DNA of 63,700 nt, filler included, from Dimorphilus gyrociliatus (taxonomy: Eukaryota; Animalia; Annelida): the NCBI GenBank assembly GCA_904063045.1. It is 3 parts of 3 records of this genome, joined end to end, with 100 filler letters (N's around TTAATTAATTAA, not from the genome) between each part and the next. Parts side by side here need not be neighbours in the genome. Positions count along the whole stretch, not along the records: positions 1 to 26,353 come from CAJFCJ010000156.1; positions 26,454 to 54,530 come from CAJFCJ010000265.1; 1 more part is not named here. One strand, written 5' to 3'. Both the position numbers and the translations under genes were made by a program. Positions 24,291 through 36,935 of this stretch are shown here, in pieces (the stretch's first letter is position 1; each line of letters opens with the position of its first letter). The notes under the pieces were generated by a model. That model was given only the letters and a program-made list of their open reading frames with translations, did no database searches and was not told where the DNA came from.

Positions 24291-24708
24291 ATGAAGAAAG
24301 AAGAAATTGATAAGACAACAATGGACTGTATTTTTGACACATTTAATAGAATATCAGAAATAGAAAAAGAAACTGATAGAATTGTACAAACACAGTCTAC
24401 TAAACCTAAAGCACGTAGAAGATGGCGAAGGAATGATAGAGGATGTCTCTCGAAGCCGGCAGTAGAAGATAGGAAAAGAGCGATTTTTCTTAATTACTGG
24501 AAAAAGACACAGTGGAAATATTGTAAACATACTAACAAAAAGAATTCAGGTAGAAGATAATACCTATTATTATAAGGAAGAAGTCACAGTTCAAACAAAA
24601 GATGAAAAATTTTTAGCAACGATTAATTCTTTAAGTAAAGATAGTTTAGCATTTAAAAAGAAAAATGGTAGGAAAATTAGGATCCCTGTAAGAGTATTAA
24701 AATGGTGA
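24291..24708 (+). CDS. Sds3/BRMS1-like small protein, frameshifted
   Basis: CCC before ATG 24291. C-terminal frame RIQVEDNTYYYKEEVTV..FLATINSLS..FKKKNGRKIRIPVRVL resembles the Sds3/BRMS1 C-terminal region. At least one frameshift. Confidence 0.45.
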
Positions 24709-25125
24709 AGTTTTATTGTTTAAATAGAAGATAAATAAATAAAAATTGGTTTTTAAGTCGATTGTTTTTGATCATTTTCTGTCCTTATTTAGAAAATTTT
24801 TATCTTTTAAGATTTTGATAAAAACAATTTGAAATGTGCTTTTCTTTAAATAATTGTTTTTTTTAAAATAATTAATTTTCGATTTTTTTATAATTTTTTT
24901 AAAAATTAAAAATATTTTTTATTTTAAAATTTATAGAATTATATAATTAAACAATTTTTATTTTGGAAATTAATTTTAATTTAATTGTTTTCTTTTATTG
25001 AAATTAATAGAATTAATTTTTATTTAATTTTTATTATTTTCTTTTAAAATTTGCACCTGGAATGTATAATTTTTTTATTTCTTTTTTAACACCTTTAAAA
25101 GCATATCTTGAACTAAGGTTACTAC

Positions 25126-26353
25126 CTAAATTAACATTAACATTAGCTTGAGCTTTTGGAGTAGTAAATTGTTTTTCTCCTGTACTTTCTTCAACTTCAA
25201 TAGATGTTTTTTGTTTGGTTGTGATTTAAGAAACCCGAAAAAAGACCATTCTTTTTTTGGTTTTTTAATACTTACAGATTCATCATCTAAATATTCATCT
25301 TTAATAGAAGATAGGTTATCATTAAATTTTGTTTCTTCTTCTGTGAAAAAGTCAGCAAAACTTGAAGATAATTTCTTATTTTTATATAAATTTTTCATTT
25401 TATTCGAAGAATTGTTTTTTTTTACTAATTTTTCAGCATTTTCTAAAACTTGTTCTTCTTTTTTAGTTTCTAGTAAATTTTTATTTTTTAAAACTTCTTC
25501 TTTTTCTAAATTTTCTTTTATTATAGTATTTTCTATTTTTTTAGGTTTTTCTTCAAATGGATCTTCTTCTCCTGTCATTACACTAATTCCTTTTTTGATA
25601 ATTCCATTTTCAATTGTTTTCCACGAGAATCCCCAGCTTTTCTCTCTATATGATTTTTCTAGATCTGGAAAATTAAACAAAGTGAAGAAATCAGAATATA
25701 ATTTACGATTTTTGCTTAATCCTAAATATTCTAATATAAAAAAGGTATCAACTAAAGAATAAAATAGATATAAATATTCATTAAAATAATTTTTGTTGAA
25801 TTTATAGTAAATATAAAGTAGGATGAAAAAATAGTCTTTGGGTTTGTAATTCATACTTAATAAATTTTTAACAGTAGAATCAGTTATGTTATTTATAAGA
25901 GAAAGTTGGCTTTCATAAAATTCTTTGGATTCATAATTTTTAAAAACTTTACAGTTTTTCGTTTTTAATGACTTGTTTTCATTTGATAAAATTTTTGCGT
26001 ATTTGTCGTTAAAAGATTGTTGAATACTAAGATTTCTTACTTTTTCAAATTCTTCTTTTTCACAAAACATAAAAGCTATTTCAAATAGATGATTTTCTAA
26101 AGCCTTTTCTACTCCTTTTTTTCTATTTTGAATACATTCTAAAACTATTTGATTTATGCTCTCTTTATTTAAAAAACTACTTTTTAAAAAGTCGTGTTGA
26201 AAAGTTCTAAAGTTCCACTTTTGTGATAAAATTAATTTATAAATATCTTTATCTTCTGATTTTAATATATTTTTAGTGATTTTTCCGACATTTTGTCTAG
26301 TTTTTAACTTAAATATCTTCGGTTGTTCAATGATACTTTCATTTTTACTTTTT
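25126..26353 (-). CDS. Hypothetical protein, 5'-partial (~409 aa open to scaffold end); weak Sec16-like character
   Basis: The frame stays open upstream of the track ATG (26070) to the gap at 26354. Helical region, then WGFSWKTIENG..MTGEED and a low-complexity K/E tail. Confidence 0.7.
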
Positions 26354-26453
26354 NNNNNNNNNNNNNNNNNNNNNNNNNNNNNNNNNNNNNNNNNNNNTTA
26401 ATTAATTAANNNNNNNNNNNNNNNNNNNNNNNNNNNNNNNNNNNNNNNNNNNN
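26354..26453. other. Artificial scaffold-joining spacer
   Basis: 44 N + TTAATTAATTAA (stops in all six frames) + 44 N. Identical structure at 54531-54630. Confidence 0.97.
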
Positions 26454-26774
26454 TACAATACAGTCAGAATTTAATCAATACACAATTCAATTTTCTATAT
26501 GATTAATCACCCAAATTTTGGTATCAGGCTCAATCTAGGCCTAAATAAGTCGTATGAAAATTTGTTTCTGTGGTTTGACCATAAGACGTATAGTACACTA
26601 TGAGAATTTGTTAATTACATAATATTATAAGCTTTTATTGTCAGTCTTTTCTTCTTATTTCTCAAGATATTAAATCATATTCCGTAAAAAAGAAATTGTT
26701 CAATTCGGCATTTTGGGCAAGAATTGAATTGAACAGGTAAAGAAGAAGATATTGAAAAATAATTTATAGATTAT

Positions 26775-29700
26775 CTATAGATGTTCATCTTTTAATAATA
26801 CACTTCTTATCCAGTGACCATATGTTGAAACCTTTTAATAAAAAAACAAAATAGAAATTCAATTTATCATAGATAAATATCTTTTTTAAAAATCTAACTC
26901 TGGCATAGTATGTCAATTTTTTTTTACAAAGAGAATCTCCTCCATTAACTATACCAATAATTGTCCAATAATCATCTATATAACAAAACAAAGGACCTCC
27001 AGAATCTCCCTTGTAAATGATGTTTAAAAAAAATTTCACATAAATTTGATTTGGTTAAAGAATTTTGAAAAATAATAAAAAAAAATAGTTACATGGCAAG
27101 AATTTCCTGAATAGTTAACACTTTCTGCACAAATATTCTGTGGATAGCTTACAGATTTGGCAATAATTGGATATCTTTTATTGCATGATTGTTCATTCAT
27201 CAATCTTTGTTCAGCTCTCCACAAATAATTTGTTTCATCTGAATTTTAGTTAATTTATTCATCAATTTTTTCTACTTAAAATGAAATTTACTTGGTAAAA
27301 ATGAAAGAAATCTTTTCCAACCAAAGCCTGAGGTTTGACAAGGTATATTTAAATATTCTGCATTATCACTCTCAGGTAGACAAATTGGAAAGATTCTTTC
27401 AGAAAATTTCACATATGACGACAATCTAATGATGGCAATGTCGTGTTGACGTCCATCATATTTAGGATTAATATAAAGTTTGTCAATATTTATTTTATCT
27501 GCAATATTTCTTTTATCATCTGTGCCAAATACTGCATAAAATTCTTTGGATCTTTATTTATTGAATTATAGTGATTATTTAAAAAAAAAATTAAATTTAT
27601 TGATGGATTGTAGACAAAATGTCCCAAAATTTTGGATAGCTTTTAGCTTTAAAAAATAGGATAGAGAACTAATAAAACTATTCACTAAACTCTTATGGGA
27701 TATTTTATCTAATCTCCAATTATAATTATATCTACCCTTGAAGGCAATGAGCAGCTGTAAGAGCATATTTTTCACTAATTAGTACTGCACCACATACATA
27801 TGTATGATTTCTTAAAATAATTCCCTACAATTAAATATTTAAGCATTGATAATTAGACATTTGATTCCTTACCTGCCACGGAATTTCTTCAATATTTACC
27901 CTTTTTCCACCAACAATATATTTAGATACTGATGATATTTTACCACATGACACATTCAACTGTGGTTGTCTGTTTGATTCTATTGATTTTTCAATATATA
28001 TTATTTATATAATTAACTCTTTGCACTCACCTAAATGGCAGTATTTTAAATTTAATCTTTTAATTATGACACTTTTATTATTAAGAACTGTTGAATTTGC
28101 CATTATAATGATCTGTTAAATTATTGATTTCCACATTGAGTTTTTATTGGTGAAGTGTATAAAACCTGATTAAAGTTATCTTCTAAATAATATAAATAAT
28201 AGTTTGAATGTATAGTTTTAGGTTCTCTGAAAAGAAATAAAATTGATTATTAACATTGTTTTTCATAAAGGAAACTTTCAACTTTTTCAGTGTTTCATTC
28301 CCAGAAATCACTTTCAAATTTACTAATATTTCATTTTTTGATGTCATTCCTGAACTTTTTATCCATAAATATAAACATATTTTTTTGTTTTTCAAATGAA
28401 TATTATGATTTGGCGATATTAATTCAGCAATTTGATTCTCTTCAGAATTTCTACCAGTTATCATGAATTGATTATTAATGTTTAGATTTTCATTCATTTC
28501 ATTTTCATTCAAAGAAAACCATTGAAAGTTTTGATTATAAGGATTTTTAACTTTATATCCACAAAGGTTTTTAATAGAATTACAATCTTTGGAAAAAAAA
28601 CATTTTTTTCATTGTTTTACTTGTAAATACATTTTAAAATTGATAAGGAAGATAACAATACTTCTCTTCTCCTTCTTTTTATTCTTCATGTTCTTCTGTA
28701 TCCTGTGTAAACATTCCTTCTTTGCTAAAAATTCCATTTCATTCAAAGCAATGTACTCGGATTGGAGAAATCCTCTAGTAATTTTAATAATGATCTAAAA
28801 AAATAGGCCTTTATTTACGATATTTAAACAAATAACAAGTTTAACTTTGAAATTCTCATTTGGTAAGTCAAAGATAAATGCCTTTTGCCATTGATAAGAT
28901 AAAATATCGTTATCGATCATATGAGCAGATTCTACCTTTCCACTTTGCAATAAAATGTAAAGCTAAAAGGTGTAAAAGAATCTTATTGGACAAGAAAAAG
29001 AGCAGTTAACTAAAAATTACAACAAACCATTATATTAAATTGATTTCTTGTTGTAGAGTATAGAAAAGAAATACAACTGTTGGACACTTTAAAATAAGGA
29101 CTCTCAAATGTAATAAATGTATTAACAGATGGATAAAGTGAACTGCTTGATATGAGAAGAAAATTTCCACCTGCCAAAAGAAAAAAAATTTAGTGTTTTT
29201 GCTCAAAATTCCATTAAGAGTTTGGTGTTTTTTTTTAAAAAAGAAACCAACATCTTTCATCATATAATCCGTTGTAATGAGAAACTTTAGTTATTGACCA
29301 CGAATGATTTGAATGATTCAATTGTTTAAACTTACACAAATCATAATTAAAAGAGCAAATTATCATTTCTAAATGAAAAAGAAAAAAATTTTCATAATTT
29401 GATATAGAAATTAAAGGAATACTTTTAAATTTGATTTTTTCTTCTTCCAATTTGAAATTATCAAATGTAAATTGCAATTTCTTTGATTTAAGAGATGTTA
29501 ATTCAAATTTCACCTTTTATCATCAATACAAAAAGTATCCATTAATGAGGCATTTAGGTTGCTGAAGAAAATATTTTGTATATTTTTACTTACATTTTCA
29601 ACATTTTCATAAATATAAATCAAATTGTTTTTGGAGAAATAATGATAAATATATCTAATTTTGAAAATTCAAAAAAAAATTTTTATAAATATTCAAATAT

Positions 29701-32700
29701 TGTATACAAAACCTATAATTTGAACTATTAAAACATTTGAAAAATAAAGCAATTTTAGAGTTTGAAAAAAACCCATCAATCTCAAAAGAAAGATATTTTT
29801 CTTCAGAAGATTTAAATTCAGGTAAATATAATTCAGCTTTACCAAAGTTAAATTTGGAATTTTGAGTAAAATATAACTTTTTGTTTTTGCCTTTCAAAAT
29901 CATAAAAATTGTGTTATTGTTGTTGTTCTATGTAATAAAATATTATTACCACAAAGAGGACAATTTTTCCATTGCAATTCTAAATTACTATTGAAATTAC
30001 TACTCAACCGAAAACCACATAAAGAATCATCAAAATTGCAATTGACTGAAGAAACTGTAAAGAAAATGTAGAAGCAAATATATAGAAAAATTTTAATGTT
30101 AAAAAAATGAATACATATCAGACCAGAGTTTAATTTATGATCATCAAAATTTTGGTTACAGATGGAATTTTTTATTTGAAAAGATGAAATACGAATTGTA
30201 GACATTCTGGAGTTGAATTGAATAACTTTAAAAAATATCTATTAATAAAAAATAAGTGGTTTAATTAACAAATAATTCTTTTAGTTTTGCTTTTAACAAA
30301 TAATAATTATGTTTTATACATGAAATAAATTTCCAGAGGATGTCGTTTGAATACTTTGAGTAGTAGAGAAATTATTGACGATAATAGTTGCTAGTTGTGT
30401 TGGTGATTTTTGCATTTCCTTTTTATATATCTAATATTCAATTTAGTTTTTTTTGGTTAGATTAAGAAATGAAATATGTTATAATTTTGAAATTTTTTTA
30501 CACTTAATGTTGTATCTGAACCTATGGTATCCTTCACAAGTTTAAATGTAAAAGTAATACATATATCTCCCTTTACCAAATATTTTGGAGATAGAAGAAT
30601 AGCAATACTTCCAACATTATATGGAAAAAGATTGACAATAGCAGCCATATTTGTTTTGGAATGATACCATTTTGTCATATATCTATACTTATCATTATGA
30701 TATGACAGTGTAGAAAAATGGCACAAGTCTTTTTTAAAACTACAATAATGCAAAACTAAAAAAAAGGAAAGTTTATGAAAGTATGAAACAATTTTTTAAA
30801 ATTATTTTTTAATACATACTTTTCTTGCATTCAAATTTTTCAAATCTGAATGATAGAATGGAATATTTTTCAATATAAGTGCTTTTACAGGGGAACTGTA
30901 AAGAAAACTACAAAAAAAGAAATAATAAAAACAAAAAAAACAGTTTTTCTAAAAATTGTTTACTTGAACAGTATTTTTCTTTATTGGTAATTCAAATTCA
31001 TTAATATATCTTAATCCTCCTTTAAAGTTTTGACTGTAAAAATAGTAGAAAACTTAGTTGAAAACAAATATATTTATTTTTTATTTATATACCTTAAATA
31101 GAATTGAGTAGCTTCTTCCCTTTCATATAGTGAAAATGTTGGTTGTAACCCATTATAGAATTCTATTATTAAGCATGAAGATTGAAACATGGGCTTAAAA
31201 ATTGGAGAAAGAATTCTTGTTTTGCTGTTGAGTTGTTCATTTGTAAAAAAGGTAAGGGAATATCCTTCTATTTTTTTTTTAATTAAAACAATATAAAATT
31301 ATTAAAAAGTATATAAAGGAGAATGTAATTTTACTATTCAAAATGTTTGGTAACCATCCAAAGAGATTATTCATAGTATTATAAATCTTATAACCACAAA
31401 GACTATTTCTTAAATAGCAAGTTACATTTTCCAAAGGTTTCATATATTTACAATCATCATGAACAATAATATCATCAAGATCAACAACAAGTTCTGTACA
31501 TTGTCTATTATAAACCATAAACACAAACTAGGAGAGAAAATATTTAAAAATTAGAAAATTGCTTTGTTATATTTTATTTAAATTTTTCCTTACATAAACA
31601 CTTTGGTTTGTTTCTAATTTAATCCATTTTACTTTCCAATCTAACTCAACTTTATTAACAATGTCTAATAATTCAATATTTCCATTTTTATCTTTTGAAT
31701 ATATCTGATAAATATTTTTTTATTTTTTTATAAAATTTTTTTCACTCAAAACACCAATTAAATACTTACAATAAAGGATCCGCATTGATTGTTATTGCGT
31801 AATTTATAACGAAATGACAAACATCTATTTAGTATTTTGTAACTTTTCTTTGTAGTTGCTACGGTATATGAATTTTTTTCATTCAGCCTTGACCTAAGAT
31901 AATTTCCTTTTCTTTTCCATTTATGTGAAAAAATATGAAAATTATGATTTAAAGAATCATACATTTCCATATTACAAATATCATTTGTAAAAGAACAAAC
32001 CAAAATGGTTTCTACAAGTAAAAAATATCGATAATTAAGGAAGATGATTGTTGGAGTTTTTTGACTTTTAAAAGCGCTTACTTACTTTTCTCACATGATC
32101 TATAGTTAATAGAAAAATCGTCAAAATTATAAATTGTAGGATAATCATAATTCTTTCTTGCTGAGAAAGTAATTCTAAACTGTTTATGAAAAATATCTTA
32201 TATTCTTTCTGGAAGAAGATAAAAAATCTATTTAATAAAAAAAAAAAAATTTACCTGTTCAACATCACGTGACAATTCAATATATTCTTTATTGTTAAAT
32301 TGAACAGGAGTTTGTAGAAATCTAATAAAAATTGTCAAAATGAACATTAAAAGTTAGATTTAATAATCCAAAAGCAAATTACTTTTCTTGTTTAAAGTGA
32401 TTATATCCAAAAAATTTAACAAAAATCTGAATTAAAGGATATTCTTTCAGGTTTCTTGTATTTTTTGTAAATGTTAGACATTTTACACCATTTTTCAATT
32501 TTGGACTTAAAATTGAAAAATGTCCAAAATTTTCGCCCAACTTTCCAATTAGAAATAAAGTTTTAGCTGAATGTAAAAAAGAAGAAAAACAGTTGATTTT
32601 ATTTTGAAAATTTAAATAAAAAAGAAAAACTTTATCAATACCATTCTGTTTTCTAGACCATAGCCCTTCAAAAGTACTATGTAAATTATTTTGAATTTTA

Positions 32701-34258
32701 TAACCACATAATGATTTTTCAAATTTACATTTTGTTGTTATGACTTTTTTTTAAAAAAAAAACCCATAAAAATCAGTTGAAAATTAATAATTAAAATGTA
32801 AGAAATACTTACATTTTCCAATTTTAATTGTTGGATTGGAACAATAATCATTTGAAAATATTTCAATAGAACTCAATGTAATTATTTTACCAGAACCAAG
32901 ATATTTATTCACCTTAAAGATTATCTAAAAACATAAAGTTGTCAGTGTATTGAAGTAGGAGAAAACTTTTTACTTGAAAATATCCTCTAGATTGAAATTG
33001 AATTATCTCTGTATTGAATTTATCATTATCAGATGAGTAATTTATATAAGCAGCCAATTGGTTTGCTTGTTGCCTTAAATGTTTCATATAAACCTATGTA
33101 TATAAAAGAAAGAATACATTAAAAAGAAAAATGTTTTGGTCATGTGATCATTTTTGTTACTGACGCTTAATGAAACTAATTGGGACTGTAAAGATGAAAA
33201 ACTGTAGACAAATTTTAGACATGTAACACCTTTAAAGTATAGCAAAGGTGTTGTAATAAGAGCAATGTCACTTTCACTATCATTCAATACTTGAATGTAA
33301 ATATAAGAAGAATCTGTTAGGTTAATCAATTATTAAAATTTTTCTTTTCAACATCATTTAAAAAAATTGCTTACTTGCAAGATTTTTGTGCCAATTCCAT
33401 GTCAATGATTTTGATTTATCCTTTCCTATTGTCATATTGCAAAGATCATTGTGAAAAGAACAGGAAACTAATTTTTAAAAAAATTCTTTTTTAAATATTT
33501 TTATATTAAAATAATAGAAAAAAAATTCATACATAGCTTTGTAATTCCTTTACTATTTGGACTAATAAAATGGATATAAGTTACAGTTATTCTTATAATA
33601 GACGCCATTTTATTTAAATATGAAAAATTATCTATTAGGGCATTGTTTAAAATTTCTTCAATTTCTATCTTATTTATATTTGTCAATGGTGATAAAGATA
33701 CAAAATGTATCCTAAAATATATAACACGACCAGTAAACTTGACACTGCTCAAACTTTTATAGCAGTTCAGTGTGTTACTTGAACTTTTTTTCATAGCATT
33801 TCTTACTGAATTTTTCAAACTTTTAACCAATTGTTTATAAATATTAGATTGAGTCTTTTCTAGCTTTTTTGAAAGATTTTTTGTATTTAATACAATTTTC
33901 ACTGTCGCATTTGCTGGAATTTAGAAATATAAGTGAGACTATTATAGAGATTTTACTGGTATGTATTTGCCTCTAATAACATCTCTACTCCTTACCTTTG
34001 AATACAGAATTGTCTTTTATGCCTTTAAAAAACAGTTTTACTGTTAAGTGATGTTAATATTAAGGCAAAAAATAAAAAATATAACCTGTCAACTGTCTAA
34101 ATCCAATTCCAAATCCAATGCCAATAATTATTAAACTACTTAAAAAAATGACAAAAACTCTTAAACAGTTATATTTGTTTTTTGAAGAAGAATCAAAATA
34201 TCTCGTGTCATCAGTCAATATAGTTGTCGTCGTCATGTTAAATCGTTCATATCTTATC
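26775..34258 (-). CDS. Multi-exon type II transmembrane serine protease: TM - SEA - 8 MAM domains - chymotrypsin-fold protease (5' end uncertain)
   Basis: TM exon CLRVFVIFLSSLIIIGIGFGIG (~34090-34170) and SEA-like ORF 33501-33902. Eight CxFxxxxC MAM starts lie between ~33470 and ~28585. SCG..SKY|IVGG, LTAAHC, HDIAIIRL, PICLP, NSCH|GDSGGP (83-bp intron 27010-27092) and last exon VSTYGHWIR..* with TAG at 26775-26777. Not every exon junction was verified. Confidence 0.85.
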
Positions 34259-34778
34259 TAGAAAAAAAATCACCTTCTCAAAAAATATGAAGAAAAAAAA
34301 TTTTTTTTTTCAAATTAAATCTTCCTTTGAGAAGATGTTTAGAGATTAAACATAAAATAATTAATTACATTATCTAGTTAACTAACAAGAATGATAACAT
34401 CAAAAGTAGAAATAAAAAAAAAATACCGACAATAAAAATATACGTAATTTTTTTTTCATTTCTATTCATAAATTGACTTGAATAAGAAAATAAATGAAAA
34501 TGATTTATACTCTATTAGGAATTGCTGATTTTCGGTGAAATTGAGTAGTAGGATTGTTTTAGGTAACAAAAAATTAGAGTAAAATGTCTTCTTCTTTTCT
34601 TCCAGCCTTCTCATATTTCTTCTGATGAAAAGAAATTACAAAGTCATAGTTAACAGTTTAGACTCTTTCAATTATATATTGATATGCAAGTACAAAGGCT
34701 TTACAATTCTAATATTAAACACCTTTAACTATATTATAGGATTAAAATACTGCTATTTTATTTTTGATATATCTTCCC

Positions 34779-35775
34779 NNNNNNNNNNNNNNNNNNNNNN
34801 NNNNNNNNNNNNNNNNNNNNNNNNNNNNNNNNNNNNNNNNNNNNNNNNNNNNNNNNNNNNNNNNNNNNNNNNNNNNNNNNNNNNNNNNNNNNNNNNNNNN
34901 NNNNNNNNNNNNNNNNNNNNNNNNNNNNNNNNNNNNNNNNNNNNNNNNNNNNNNNNNNNNNNNNNNNNNNNNNNNNNNNNNNNNNNNNNNNNNNNNNNNN
35001 NNNNNNNNNNNNNNNNNNNNNNNNNNNNNNNNNNNNNNNNNNNNNNNNNNNNNNNNNNNNNNNNNNNNNNNNNNNNNNNNNNNNNNNNNNNNNNNNNNNN
35101 NNNNNNNNNNNNNNNNNNNNNNNNNNNNNNNNNNNNNNNNNNNNNNNNNNNNNNNNNNNNNNNNNNNNNNNNNNNNNNNNNNNNNNNNNNNNNNNNNNNN
35201 NNNNNNNNNNNNNNNNNNNNNNNNNNNNNNNNNNNNNNNNNNNNNNNNNNNNNNNNNNNNNNNNNNNNNNNNNNNNNNNNNNNNNNNNNNNNNNNNNNNN
35301 NNNNNNNNNNNNNNNNNNNNNNNNNNNNNNNNNNNNNNNNNNNNNNNNNNNNNNNNNNNNNNNNNNNNNNNNNNNNNNNNNNNNNNNNNNNNNNNNNNNN
35401 NNNNNNNNNNNNNNNNNNNNNNNNNNNNNNNNNNNNNNNNNNNNNNNNNNNNNNNNNNNNNNNNNNNNNNNNNNNNNNNNNNNNNNNNNNNNNNNNNNNN
35501 NNNNNNNNNNNNNNNNNNNNNNNNNNNNNNNNNNNNNNNNNNNNNNNNNNNNNNNNNNNNNNNNNNNNNNNNNNNNNNNNNNNNNNNNNNNNNNNNNNNN
35601 NNNNNNNNNNNNNNNNNNNNNNNNNNNNNNNNNNNNNNNNNNNNNNNNNNNNNNNNNNNNNNNNNNNNNNNNNNNNNNNNNNNNNNNNNNNNNNNNNNNN
35701 NNNNNNNNNNNNNNNNNNNNNNNNNNNNNNNNNNNNNNNNNNNNNNNNNNNNNNNNNNNNNNNNNNNNNNNNNNN
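34779..35775. other. Assembly gap (997 N)
   Basis: Continuous N run with no linker. Confidence 0.99.
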
Positions 35776-36560
35776 ACAGAGGAAGTTGCCAATCCAGTAT
35801 TGCTTTTAGGTAGGAGACAAGTCTCATATAAATTCAAATAAACTCTTTGCCTCTTCTCATCAAATGTAATATCCAATCCCAAAATCTTTTTGACATTACC
35901 ATTGTTTCTTTGAGTTAGGCATATATCAATAATATCGTATTGCTTTTGAAAGTTAATTTTAATCCACTGTTGAATACATGATACAGAAGCACAAGATGAA
36001 ACCCATTCAAGTTCGCTTTGCCATCTTGGTTTTAGAGCATTTGAACAGATAAAACTTGTTTTCACTTCAGAAGTGAAGACAGAAGATGCTGTACAGTTGG
36101 CAGAGTGTTTTTCATTGGCAATATTTATAAGTTTTCCATCTATAATAAATAAATTGATGTATAGAATTTGGTTTGTATGAATAACCATAGATTTTTGTTA
36201 CTACTACCTCTTGATACCACTCCATTTGCAGTTAACACATTCAGTTTATAGAGGATTATATAACAAAGGGCAATTGATACAGGCAGCATTGTCTAGAGCA
36301 TTGTGAACCTTGTAACAATTAAGCAAATTTAATTAACATTTTTGAAGGTTCTACATCCATTTTTCATATGTTTGCATTGATTAATTTACATTTTGAATTA
36401 ATAATTTAATTCATGAGACAATTTAAATGTGTATAAAAACTTTTCAATAATGAAAGTAATTGCTCCATTGCTCTGTAATTCATTATTCATTAATTACCAC
36501 TAAATAATGGAATTTTTAATAAATTGGCATTTTCCACCATTTTAAAGACCAACGCAGCCT
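35776..36560 (-). pseudogene. Discoidin (F5/8 type C)-like domain(s) with degenerate upstream EGF-like and second discoidin fragments
   Basis: CTASSVF..CSNAL..EWVSS..QWIKINFQKQYDIIDICLTQR in an open frame running into the gap. Upstream fragments NGGKC and LIKF*LLQG contain stops. Confidence 0.5.
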
Positions 36561-36935
36561 TTTAAGAAACATATTTTGAGAATTTTGTTCAATAATTTAT
36601 GAAATTGATATCAATCATCCAAGGAGTGACATTATAGAGGTGAATAGGAATCTTGTCGAAATTTTCTATTTAGCATCTTTTGTTAAACATTGAATTCACA
36701 ATATTCAAAAAACACTATTTGAAAACTGACCTAATCCTCAGTCTAGGCCTAGCATACTCTAAAAGTAATCAAAGTGCTAATTTTCCAACATGTCTAGAAT
36801 GATTGTTCCTACCCCTGCAAAGAGTCACATGTAATAAGGAGAAGTGGAAAATGAAGAAAACCAAAGGTGAGAAAACTTTTTAAAAAGATATTTCGGTTGC
36901 AGTTTTTATTGAATCTAAATAATTTATGCTGTATA

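Noticed and set aside
25148-25762. 204-aa plus-strand ORF rich in F/S/L
   Set aside because: Antisense shadow of a K/E-rich minus-strand gene.
26398-26409. TTAATTAATTAA palindrome (also 54575-54586) as a biological site
   Set aside because: It is centred in identical 44-N flanks, so it is an artificial all-frame stop linker.
25126-27000. Gene neighbourhood or horizontal transfer between microsporidian-like and animal-like genes
   Set aside because: The segments are joined only by artificial spacers; adjacency carries no biological information.
28620-28700. KKEKR as a proprotein convertase site between MAM7 and MAM8
   Set aside because: Exon boundaries here are uncertain and Lys-rich runs are common at this AT content.
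34625-36188. Four long ORFs of 349-476 aa in the track
   Set aside because: They read through 997 N. Only the 35776-36188 part has real coding signal.
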